DNA from: Lama guanicoe
Taxonomy: Eukaryota
Assembly: GCA_013239625.1 (NCBI GenBank)
Contig: MU054212.1
Location: forward strand, 7,941,412-8,005,411
Direction: 5' to 3'
DNA: 64,000 bases
This document shows positions 11,888-24,472 of this stretch, in pieces (positions within the stretch are counted from its first letter, which is position 1; every line of letters begins with the position of its first letter). The notes under the pieces are model-generated. The model worked only from the letters and a program-made list of their open reading frames with translations. It was not told the DNA's origin and made no database searches. Made by a program: the position numbers and the translations under genes.

Positions 11888-14800
11888 GGCCCAAAGTTTA
11901 CAGTAAAAACTCAGGCAAGAGAACTAGCTCCCCCTAAAGAGATGTGTTTAAAAGAGAAAGACAGAAGAGCTCTCTCCAGTCAAGGAGTCAGAAGCAAGAG
12001 CAGGTGCATTCACATATCTTTGTATTATTCCGAATGTTTTTGATACACATTTGCATTCCTGACATTGAATCATTCCAGGCGCCTGTTTAGAATAAAGAAA
12101 AGTGAATCGCAGTCAAATACAATGTTCCCAAAAATTCCCTGTGGGGAAGTTGGTGGTGACAGCAGAAATATAAACAGACCCATTAAAGATGCAGGTTCAC
12201 CAGGGCGATGGGAACAGTGCTCCCCGCCGGGCAGGCTGGACCGGCGGCAAAAATGTCTCCCCTTCATCGGGGCAAAGTTCTGGTAGAGAAGAGCTGTGAT
12301 TTTCTCCAAAGTCCTGATCTTGTGATGTGGGTTTCATTGAAGCTGCTGCTTCCCTTTAATTGCCTTTACAAGATCTTAAAGATCCAGGGTTTTGTTTTCT
12401 TGTTAGGATTTTTATTTTGGGAGGATGCTGGAAGCTTTGTCTGCTCAAGCTGCTGCCACTGCATGCACAAGCTGTGAATTAAGCCAACACCTATATAGTC
12501 TAGTTTCCAGGCATCTGGATGTTAATATCCATTCGTTTCCTTCCCTCTGTCCTGCTCCTGCCTTATGCCAGGAAACTGTGCCAACTAAGCACTTTTACTC
12601 CCACAATTTAGGAAAGAGCATCATGTTTAAATGCCCCAGTCAGTTGGGAAAGAGTGGTACATACAGAGGAGTGCCTTTCACGCTCCCCCAGCCTGTCTGC
12701 TGGGGGCCAAAGCAAGATGCAGTGACCGTGCTTCAGCGGGCCTGCCAAGCTATGTTCCTGAGAGCCTCCCGGATCGGTCCAGAGCCAGTCAGTGATGAGG
12801 GGATATCCAGGGGGTGCTCTCCCAGGATCCCGGGGCTCTGGCGAACACGGAGAGAAAACAAAAGACAGTCTGGAGGACAGGAATGCAAGAGTGGCCCCTC
12901 CCACATAACCACACCTGTGATCCTGCAAGAAAGTCATTCCTGATCCACCTTGATTCACTCCCCAAGGAAGCTTTGTTGGCGTTTTGCTGTTGTTATTAGC
13001 AATCACACATTTATTCATTCATTCAACAAAGATGGACTGAGATTTACTCAGTTCCAGGCATTACGCTAGACCACGGAGGGGAGAAAAAGTGTCATAAGAT
13101 TCCCTAATGTCCAAAGTTAGCATTAGTATTCTCAAGTTTAGAATTGAAGGATGTGCCCTATTTATTCAAAGCTTCTCAATTTGTGAATATCAAATAGATA
13201 CACCCTACAACTTCACTAGACTAAACTTGTATCTAGCCTGTCAGTGCCCTGAGCGAATTGTCCTTTTCTGAAGAAAACAAAAATTACTTGCATGTTTGGC
13301 GGTTCAGAGAAATCAAGTAAGCCTGTGTCTACTGAAACAGGCGGCGTGTGTCGCTGTTTTTAATCCTTCGCGCAGTTGGACTTGGTCTTCTGCTTTATTT
13401 ACCTCCTTTTCCATCAGGAATTGGGAAGCTCTGTTTGTTCTAGGTGAGGAGAGCACCGCACAAGACATGCTGAGCGGCTTCCCTTGGATAAACACCAGAT
13501 AAAGTCATGTAACTGAGAACTCAACTTCTGACGTCCGAATATTAGCCGAGAGTAGACAGAGTCGCTGTTCTATGATGTCTGTCAAGACTTGCCATCAAGA
13601 GGCAGGCCTGGGGACCACGAGGCCTGCTGCAAAGCCAGGCATAACGGCACCAGCCCTGACTTAGCTTGGCTTCTCAGAGAAATAATGAACTTCAGTGGAA
13701 ACTCAAATACGATTCATTTTAACTTTCCAGATCAACACGGCTGAATAAGACAGCGATGTTGTATTGTGGAGAAGGTCAAGTTGAGGAAGATCTGTCTGAC
13801 CAAACAGAATCAGAATCTACTTTGAACGTGGTCATAATCGTTTCCTGCTCATGCGTTATTCCGGGAGGGGTCGGGCAGGGATGAGTGGGGGCTTGTTGAG
13901 AATTAGTGCTTTAGCCTGTGTTTCCCCAGAAAGCAGGCTCCAGGACAAGCCTTGTGTGGAAGCAGCTCGTTTGGATGGTGAACCCAGAGCAGAACAAGAA
14001 AGGAAAGCCCACAGACAATGCGGAACTCCTAAGGCCCCCTGTGAAGGGCGCTCCAGAACGGTCCACCCAGGGGTGAAAAGGAGGAGGCAATGATCCAGCT
14101 GCTCTGTCCTGCACTGGTCAAGGGGGACCTACAGGACTTGACACCCCGAGCTGCCGGCTGGTAGCTGTGGGCGTGTTCGGCTGAGGCATCAGAGGTCCAT
14201 AGAAAGAGCCTGAGGCCAAGTGCTGTCTGGTGGCAGCTGCCCTGAGCCAAAGTCTGTGTCACAGTGGTCACTCCTGCAGGGGCTGGAGAAAGAGATGGAG
14301 CCAAAGGCGCAGAAGAGACGTCTGAAACATCACTCCTGTGCACCTTGACCTTCTGGATTACAAGTTCCTCATCAGCCCTTTCTACTGACTTTTACAGACC
14401 TTGACCTCACTCAGGATGTCTGTAAATAATCTGTCCTGCCAAAGAGCCGCCTAGAGATCTCTTCACCCCAAATGCTAGCCCATCTCCCAAATAATTCACC
14501 ATGCGCCAGGAAGCTGCGCCCTAGCTCTTCTCTGAATGGGTGAATGAGATGCGTTTCCCATTTTCCATCCCATTGTCCAAAGACAATGAATTCGATATTT
14601 AAACAGTACAGAGTGAGTGCAGAAAAAAGCAGCACGTCCCAGCCAGTTTCTGCGAACCCAGCTTCTCAGCGACGCCGCATGCTTGGTCGGCTAGCCTTCA
14701 TCTTGGCCAGATAAGCACACAAGGCAACAGCAATGAAGAAGAAGTAGAAGACAGTGCCTCGTGGTTGCCCGGCCTATGGATGCCCTTTTTTCTGGAAATA

Positions 14801-17800
14801 TGGCCTTTGACACCTAGGATTCTGGCCACCTGCTCAAGTCCTAGTAGGTAAGGGATGATAAAGGTGCTGCGGGAAGCCATGTGCAGTAGGTCTCAGTGAG
14901 CTTTCTTAGAACATTGCAGTAAAGGAGACGCTTTTAGGGGTTACATGCAGCGTCCGGCAAACAGTAGGCTCTTTACCCTGTTCCATTCACCCAGCATCAC
15001 CGAGCACCCAGTGTGAATAAGCTCTTATGCAAGGAGCTCTGAGGAATGCAAAGATGAACAAGAAACAGTCCCTGTCTTCACGCTGCTTATAGTTTAGCGC
15101 TGTGGCTCTTCTACTTCCTCCTGTATGTCTTTGGGAGACTGATGAAAGCCACGGACCCTTTCCCCCAAAGCACGCAGGACCCTAACTATAAAATTTACTT
15201 CATCATTTCTGAGACCCTCCTCTCCCCTGACGGCCAGTCAAGGGCTTGTCTAAGAAGTGGCAGGAACAACTTGTACGTGAATGACTCTGCGAAATGCCGA
15301 ATGTCGTAAATGTAGTGCGTGAGGATGTCTGGGAGCAAAAAGGAACAGAATAATTCCACCTGAAGTTATCAGACGGGCTTCCTCGGGGCACATGTGTGCA
15401 TACTGCCTTGAAAGACAGGGGATGGAGAGTGTGTCCCCTGGAGGGAGCGGGCTGAGGAATCGCTCAGACAAGAAAGCCAAGGGCATGATCTGGAATTGTG
15501 AGGCGTCCCATGTGGCTGGAGCACAGGACTCTTGGGAGAAGCTGGAGAGTCGTGGGAGCTGGGGATAAGGCTTACAAGACTCAAGTCCAAACTATGCTGA
15601 AAATACTTAGAAGTCTGGGTTTACCCCATGGGCGACAGAGGACGGCATGACCAGAACTGAGCCTTATAACATTTCTTAGGACAGATGGAAAAGGGCAGGA
15701 ACTGGAGACAAGGGAGGAGGCTTGCTGTAAAAATCTAAACAGAAGGTGACAAAAGCCCCCAATAGGGCACTAGAATGTAGGGTACAGTTAGGGCACGTTC
15801 GGGAAACCTATGCAGAGTTATCCAGTGAAGTCTAAAATGACTGCCCAGAGGGGAGGTAAGATGCTAGATTCTCTTCCTCGAAGCAAGGTTGCTAAATACA
15901 TTCTGAACAAAGTGAAATACTGGCAGTGAGAAATTAGTTATTGTTCAGATCTTTCTCCTCATCTACCTTCTCTTATTATTTTTACTATCCTTGGTACAAT
16001 ACTTTGAAAAATAATGGGCCTAATAAATGCTTGTTCAATTGAATTTACTTAAATCTAATTTACAGTATGACAGCTATTGAGCCAACAATTATGATCCCTC
16101 ATTTTAAATAATGATGCAAGTCTACCAACACAATTTAAGGAAAGCTGAATACTTTTTCCTAACAGGCAGTGGATGTACCGCCATAGCCTTTGAGGACTGG
16201 CACGATATTCAGGGTGATTTTACACCAAAAATACATTGTAGAGTTTTTCCTGAAGCCCTTGTCTCATCGTCCACCTTAACCAGGAAATTAAAGTGAAACT
16301 GAAACATTATGTTTGTAAGAGATGATGCTTCTCTCCAAGGATCCTCACCAAAGAGAACCATCTTGGTGATAAAGGCGTACGTTGAGTTCAGGAGCATAAA
16401 GTAATTTGGTGAGCGCCTGAGATGTTGTTTACATTCGTATTTTTGAAAGGAATATCACTCATGGCTCACTAATAGAGATCAAGTCTGAAATTTGTCTTTT
16501 ACTAACATTTTCTTTCTGAGCTCAGTGTTTGGTTAATGTGAGTGATGGCTGATATTTTCAACACAGTCACATCCGGCCAGAGGACCCTGGCCAAGCATAA
16601 CCACTCAACTGAGTTCTTCCTCCCTAACAGCTTTTTAAACACAGTTTTGTCATGCTCACAGACCTGAAGGAGGGCGTCAGAATAAATTATTCATTTGGAA
16701 AATCTTAACTGGCTAATTTGCACATGTCTTTCTTGACCACACTCTTCCTGGGACTCTCATGATACCTTTTAAATAAATTCCTCTGACTCCAGTGAGCATC
16801 AGTTTCCTCTTCCTCCGGTCTCTTGGGAACCTGATCCTTTATCACACTCCCTAGAGGTGGTTCTCAGACTTCCTTGTCTTTCAAAATCCCTAAGGAGCCG
16901 CTTAGACCTAGCGATGCCCTGGCCACACTCCTTACCTGTGGAATCAGCGGCCATGATTTGAGACCCACTCACTGCTCTCAAGACTACCTGTAGTGACTGC
17001 TGGACCGGTTGGCTGTAGTGAAGAATATGAATTAGCTGGCATGGTAGTTTGAAAATGAAACTAAGATTAAACTTTGCAGGATGCAGGGTCTCAATCTATT
17101 TAATTACTGAAAAATTAGAGAAGTCTTATGTAACGGGCAAGAGAAAAGGTTACGAAGTGTTCAAGCCTGCTTTCCAGTAAACCCCAACACGAGCTCCGCT
17201 GGAGCAGTCAGGTCAATACAAGATCCGGCTCCATCACGGTCACTCACTGCTCTCTGCCGTTGGTCCCTCGATCCTCCTTCTCCTGGGGTACCTACCCCTC
17301 CTCATCTCTATGTATTCCCATCCTCCTGTGATTCAGGAACCATCCTCCTCTAAATCTTTCCCAAGTCTCCAGCCCATAATACATCTCTATACGTTGAGAT
17401 CCAGTAGTTTTTTTTTTAAATCTGCTCTACAATGTGGGATTTTAATAGCATAGGGTCTCATCCGGGGCTTTGGTTAGGCCATCTTAATGGGTCTCTGCCA
17501 TGGGAATTACAAGCTCTTTTACGGCCAGGCTCTCATATTGTGTTAAATCATCTGTAACATCAAGCACAAGGTAGTGTAGAATCTTTAAAATTACCAGTTA
17601 GATTTAATTTCTTTTGAAAATATTACGGAATCTCATTTCTTACCTCTCTTCCCAACTCTGCAGGCATAGCATACAGCAATCTTTCTCCATACGTTAATGC
17701 CTGTACATGCTATTGCACGTACCTGGTAAATACTTACACGTTGAAATGTTTTCTCATGAACTGCTGCCTTCTGAATTTCCAGATAAGTATATAATCTGAA

Positions 17801-17991
17801 GGTGAACTAAAATAGTCATCGCTCTGATACAATCTGATGGATTTTTATAACATCACATCAGTTAAGAGAAAAACAAACCTGAAATTATAGGAAAAAGCTT
17901 GTGTTCCCAGCTTCTTGAAACACACCTCACAACCTGTTAGAACATAGGAGGCTGTCTTGATGCCGGAGGACTGAGAACTGCTGACTTCGAG

Positions 17992-18150
17992 CAGTTTCTC
18001 TTGTTTTAATGTGAATACAGGCCGCCTGGGGAGGTTGTTACAATGCAGATTCTGATTCTCTGGGTCTGGGGTGGGGACCTGAGAGTCTGAATGTCTAACA
18101 AGCCTAGTGTCTTGTGGCTCCAAGTACGGTCCTGGACCAGCAGCGACATC
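17992..18150. mobile_element. MER5-like hAT MITE
   Basis: aatgcagattctgattc..gggtctggggtgggg.cctgaga.tctg.at.tctaacaagc. Confidence 0.7.
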
Positions 18151-21100
18151 ACCGGGGACCTATTTTTACAGCCTTGCAGGGAGTCCAGTGTGCAGCCACA
18201 ACTGAGAACCACCACTCCGAGGTGACTAAGGTGAAGTCCCGTCTTCTACCCTATTTCTGCGATTCTCCCACTTCTCATCAGTTTTATGACATCAGTCATT
18301 CCTATCTAGGCACCAGTGAGCTTGGCATTTTGCACCTCTCTCAGGGATACTTGGATTTAAATCATCTCTAACTACGAACTAAGAGTCTCCTCCTATTAAT
18401 AGGGTGTAAGACATCAGTGAACAGATAAGAAACATCGCTTGAGATCAGCAAAGTCGTCTCTACCCACACGCAAGCACTCCCTCCCACCCCCGATCCTGCC
18501 CCGACCTAGCTCTTGTCTTCGTGATTTTGCCTGGATTGAAGGCAAGCTGTTGAAGCTGTGTCTATTCCCACTTATTTATAAAGACAGCACATGAGGTATT
18601 AATAATAAGTGTCTGAAATTAATACATATTCTTTTGAAGATTCTATAAAGTACTAAAATACTACTTTTACGAATACATTTTGTTTGTTCTTGATATGATT
18701 GGTGTCAGCCGAATACTTTCATTTTTCAAATAGATGCCTTATCTAGTAGATTAGTGTAGCCTGTGCAGTTACACAGATGAGGAAAGCCCGCTTCTCACCT
18801 CCTGTGCCTGGTAGCAGGTGCTCTGGGATGGGCAGTTCGCTTGATGGATATTTAGTAAAGTGTGCACAGTGCCATCTAGTGTTGCACAGTCATCACTGCA
18901 TGGCCTAACTGGAGTCCTCATTTTCTAAAACAATTTGATAGCTCAGCAGTAAGTTAACATATTTATACAACTGTCAGACTTTTAAAACAGACCTCTTAAT
19001 AACTTCCTGATGACTCTCAACTTAGCACGTTTCTTAATGTTGCTATTTAATTAAGCAAAAGGCTTGTGATATTTTCTGTCTCGATAATAATGAACAGATA
19101 CTGAATGCTCATTATGCAGTAAGCCCTGTGTGACGTGCTTTACGTGAATTACCTCGTGTGGCCCCCACAGTAAGTAACCCTACATTGGAAGAACTGTCAT
19201 TGTCCACACTTTACAGATGAGGAAGTCAAACTGAATGACCTTAAGGGACTCGCTCAAGGTCATATAGAAAGCCAGTAGGGGAGCCCAGTGGGAACCCAGT
19301 CAGCTGTCCAGGAATTTACACTGTTCTGCACGATGACCTGCACCTCTCAACGTAGTTACCAATGAGATAAAGTTTCCAAAAAATCTTCATGAAAGGAGGT
19401 CTTCCTTAACATGTCTCTAATTGTCAAAGACAGTGAAATCAATTCAGACTCCACTAACCTAACTCAGAATGTATGACAACGGAACTAAATAAATACCTGT
19501 TTTTGCGGCTGGGTTGTGGTTTAGCCTTCTTTTCTATCACCTCCACAATATGTGCTCAGCATTATATGTTAATTCACTTATTGAATTTAAGGACTGGGTG
19601 AAAACTTGGGTTTGGACTCATAATAAATCTTATCACTTAATAATAGCATAGCGTGGCTGTAGGTCAGAGGGTGTTTCATTATTTTAACACTAATAATTCA
19701 TTTGTCAGACTTCTATTATGTGCCAAGCCCTGTGGTCAACACAGGTATATACCTTTTTTCCTCATTGCAGCTCCCTCTGGGTGATACTGGTTTCCTCATC
19801 TCTAAAAAGGTAATAGTAAAATGTAGGGAGGTGAAATAACTTGCCCACAGTTTTAGAGTCATTGGCAGAGCCAAGAATGAAACCTCAATCTTTGTGATTG
19901 CAAAATCTGCATCCTTTCTGCTCTGCCACTTCTAGAAAATAAGTATGTACAATGTGCATGGTTACAGTTTCTCTGTGTACTTCCATCCCCTATGCAAAAA
20001 TACCACCTTCTCTTACGTGCACTCCTGCAGTTCCAGCTGCTTCCCCGTGCGTGCCTGTCCATCTCTGCTCCTTTCTTCCCTCACTGTCAGAAGTGATATT
20101 TTTAAGCTGCATTCCTGATCATGTCACTCTCCCGTTTAAAACCCATTTGAGGGTCTTCATACCTTTTAGCATAAAGACCAAAATCCTTATCATGGCTACA
20201 GTGCTCCTCCGCCTTATCTCGTTCTTCTGGTCCCTTCAAAACCATGTAATCCTGTTCCATACCTGGCACTTTATCTGTCCAGTAAGTCATGATTGCCGCT
20301 TATCTGTTTATGCGATGGTGAGTCACATCTCTCCCCCACCAGGCTGTTAGCTCCTGAGACAGGAACCACATGTGGATGTTCTGTCATTGAGTCCCCAGGA
20401 CCTACCACAGTGCCTGGTGCAGAATTATGAAAACTAGCTTCTTTAAGTCATTTGTAACGATCTATCCTCACGGCCAAAATCAGTATTTTATTTTTCCTTA
20501 TAGTGAGACCTTAAATGTGTAAAGACACAAATATGGAACATATTTATTTTTAATAACTTTCATATGACTTCCAGACTCTTGTCTATAATAAGCCATTATT
20601 ATTTCCTGTGGTACATGCATGCCTTATTACAAGCGTTTTACAAGCATCATACTATTTGACCATACTGTAGTAGTCATCAGGGGGTAGGCTCTGTTATCAG
20701 CCCCTTTTTTCTAAGATCCAGAGAAGTCAAGTCGTTTGACTGATGATAAACCTAAGATTCAAACCAGGGCTGTGTGATTCTTCATGACTACGCCTTAGTG
20801 CCTCTTTAGCTATCAGATGCATCCTTAGAAGGCCCTGTCTCACTGTTGTCACTTCCTTGTCATGCACTCACGTAGCCAACAGATAGATATTCATGAAGCT
20901 CCTGTGATGTGTGAGGCCCTGTGACAGGGCCAGGAGTATGAACAGGTGTCAGGACAGGCAGTCTGTCCTGTCCCCGTGGCGTGTACGGTGCAGAGCGGGG
21001 AACAGATGATCAGCTGGTCTGTACAGAGAGCCCCCTAAATGCTGGGATGGGAAAGAAGAGGGTTCTAAGGTGGCACGTGAGAGGGGTACAAAACTAGAGG

Positions 21101-22714
21101 CAGGGGATCCAGAGAGACATCCTTGAAGAGGTCGTGGTGACACTAAGTTATATGATGGATGAGACGTAGATGAGAAATCAATGAGGCCAGATCAAAAAGA
21201 ACTTGGCAGGACATGCTGAAGAGTTTGGATTTGAAATTAATGGGGAGTTATTAAAGGACTTGAGACAGCATGCAAGTGCTGTGTCAGATTCGCAGTTCAG
21301 AATGAGCACTCTGGCTTCTGCGTATGGAAAGGATTGGAGTGGAGAAAGAAGAAAGACTAAAGAACTGACTCAGTCAACCAGTGAAAGATAATGGTGACAG
21401 CAGCTGATGATGGAGTTGGGGGATGCAAACAAAGGTCCATGGAAATGGAGGCGTTAAAGTGACACGTAGGAGACGGATCCACAGGACTTGGTCCCTGATA
21501 GCGTGTGAGATGTGAGGACCCAGGGATGAAATCTAGATTCTGGCTGGAGCAGGAGGAGGGATGGGAAGGTGGTGATACTCACTGGGGAAGGGAACCCCAG
21601 AGAAAGTGGGCTTGAAATAGAAGCAATGAGGTTAGGCTGGACAAGCAGAGGCTAACTTGCCTTACGGACTTCCCTGTGGGTACGCTGGCCACTCCCGTGG
21701 ACTTTTATTATTCCACTTCTGGGAATCCTGAGAGCCTCCCTTTGCCCTACAAAGCCTCACCAAGAGAGACCCAGCCAGATTATCTCCCTCCACCAGCAAC
21801 CATTTCTTTCTTGGCTGGGAGCCATCTCGCTCCTGTGGCCAAGTTCACAGTCCGTGTTCCTCTTCTCCAATGCCTGTTTCAAATGAGCCATAGCTAGGAT
21901 CCTGGTCAGAATAGCTGAGTAGCCTACTCCCTGTGGGTCCCTGGGCCAGATCCCACCATCACTGCTCTCGTAGTGTCCTGTACCCAGACATCCCCAAGGA
22001 CTGGATCCAGAGGATTTGTAGAGCGAATATATAGTGGGTAACCCTAGGAATCCCAGCTATTTCCCTCAAGAAATATAATTAATAAATAAATTTAACTTAT
22101 AATGCCATCTCCTGGGAGTGCCTTGTCTGCTCAGCTGAAAAACTTGGATAAATAACAGTAAGAAATATAAATAATGTCCTTGTGTGATACACAGAGAAGG
22201 TTGCAAATTTGGAATCACATAAAACTGAGTGTGTCCAATCTAATAAATATTTAAGTAATTCAGTTGGAAAGTGATTTGTATTCCTCTGCCTCAGATTGGA
22301 GATATGCTCAAAAGTTTTTCTTTTGACATGACTCACATTATTCATTTGTTCGTGTATAATTTATTGTCTCTATGTACCAGGCACTAGCACTTTTGATCTC
22401 ATGCATTTTTCCATTCAATGAACACTAGCCCCACTTTATAGATAAGGAGAGTGAGGTTTAAGTCAAAATTAAAAAGATATGCACTTAAAAAAAAAAGATA
22501 TGCACTTATAGTAGAAGAGCCAGGTTTGGACCCAGGTCTTTGGACTCCAAGTCCAGGATCTCAACAGATGTTAGTTTTGCTTTTCAAATACAGTATTAGA
22601 AGTGAGCAAAGATATAGGAGGCTAAGACTTGAAAGTTGTTGGTGGTAAAGCGTGGGTGGAGTGTACAGTTGTCATATGTATTTCATTAAGACAACATATG
22701 TATTTTCAGATACC

Positions 22715-23300
22715 AAAGTGTAATTAAACTTGGCGAGGATGTGGAGAATCTGGGGCTTTTCCCCTCCTAATGGGAATGTAAAACAGTACAACTACTTGGA
22801 AAAACCCTTTGGAAATTTTGTAATTAACCATACACCCACCATACAACCTAGCCACTTTGTTTCCAAGTATTTATCAGGAGAAATGGAAGCGTCTATCCAA
22901 AGATGTGTCTGTGATTGTTCAGTGCAGCTTTTGTCATAATAACCAATCACTGGAACAACCCAAATGTCTATCACTAGGGCAGTGGATAACCAAACTGTGC
23001 TATATCCATGTAATAGAATACCATTCAGCAATTTTTAATAAAGGGCAAACTGTTCTACATGCAACAAAGTAGATGATGCTCCAAATAGTTACACTAAGTA
23101 AAAGAATACAGAACAACAACAACAAAAAGAATACATGTTGTGCAATTTCAGCTACATAGAATTCTAGAAAGTTGTGATGGGAAGCTGTGGTTGCCTGGAA
23201 TGGGGAGCAGGAGGGATCAAAAGGTGCCTGAGAAGAACTTTGGGGGTGATGCACATGTTCATTGTCTTGATTGTGGTGATGGTATCCGGGATGTCATAAC
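22715..23300 (+). mobile_element. old L1M ORF2-end/3' UTR relic
   Basis: tggaacaacccaaatgtc, ggataaccaaactgtg...aataccattcagcaat, cttgattgtggtgatgg. Confidence 0.75.
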
Positions 23301-23714
23301 AAGGATTCAGGTGAACAAGGAAGAAATAGAAATGGATTTCTCGACTATCCTAGTGAACGCAACCAAGACTTAAGTTAAATGAGCTTGCTAACAGTGTAAC
23401 CAAGAAACTCTTTGTTCTTGACTGGTTAGTTAAGCAATCTGTGCCTTGGTTCTGCTGCTGTATTGTAGAGATAACGCTCCCTTCTTCCTGCCTGCCGTCA
23501 CTTTACCTTTTTTTCTAATTTCAAACCTTATACTACTAAAAAAAAATGTGTAAATAAATGAAAATATTTTAAATACTCAAAGGCAGTTTCGATATCCTTT
23601 CAAACACTAGACTTTAAGTGTTGATTTTCTCTTTTCTTTGTAAGGGGTCAGTGTGTGCAGTGGGAAAATGCTTTAAAGTCAGAGAGACTTGTTAATTTTA
23701 ATCACAAGTCCTAC

Positions 23715-23935
23715 GCACTTCAAAGCTGCTGAGAAACTAGATCTTAAAAAGTTCTCACCACAGGAAAAAAAAATGATGACTACGGGACATGATGTGTTAG
23801 CTAACGTTACGTTGGTAGTCATATTGCAATACAGAAATGTATCAAATAAATATGAAAATGTATCAAAGCAACCTGTTGTACACCTGAAACTTACACAATG
23901 TTACAGATCAATTATATCTCAATTTTTTTTTTAAA
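23715..23935 (+). mobile_element. L1 3' UTR fragment
   Basis: gatcttaaaaagttctcacc...tgtacacctgaaacttacacaatgtta..tcaattatatctcaat. Confidence 0.75.
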
Positions 23936-24258
23936 AAGTCAGGTAGGCTTGGATGCGAATATCAGTTGGACCTTTGCATTTGTCAGTTAACATCCTTGAT
24001 CCTCAAATTCCTCACATGTATTTCAAGGGTCATTATGAAGAAGAGAAATAACTCTCTAGTGTGACGTTCAGAAAATCATTTGCTTGCTGTTATACACTGT
24101 CTTTGAGATCCTGTACTATGTACCTTTACTAATATCAATACTAACGCCTGTGAGGCAGGCACCTTGACAAAACAGGACAGATGGTCCATGTGAAATAATG
24201 AACTTTCCTTTCCATGCCCTCTGGGCTGATGTGTTCGCTCTGCTTTCGTTGTATGCAG

Positions 24259-24472
24259 TGCACCTGGTGGACATCTGGAACGTCATAGAAGCATTGCGGG
24301 AAAACGCCCTGAACAACCTGGACCCGAACATGGAACTCAGTGTGGCCCGCCTGGAGGCCGTGCTGTCCACCATTTTTTACCAGCTTAACAAAAGGATGCC
24401 GACCACTCACCAAATCCAGGTGGAGCAGTCCATCAGCCTCCTGCTTAACTTCCTGCTGGCAGCCTTTGATCC
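24259..24472 (+). CDS. DTNA: DTNA exon (214 nt; [71 protein letters not shown]), EF-hand region
   Basis: gtatgcag|TGCAC...GATCC|gtaagc; inside ORF 24198..24476; frame continuous with flanking exons. Confidence 0.98.

Noticed and set aside
12425..13018. Overlapping ORFs of 172 and 136 aa
   Set aside because: No recognisable protein features; such lengths arise by chance in GC-richer intron sequence
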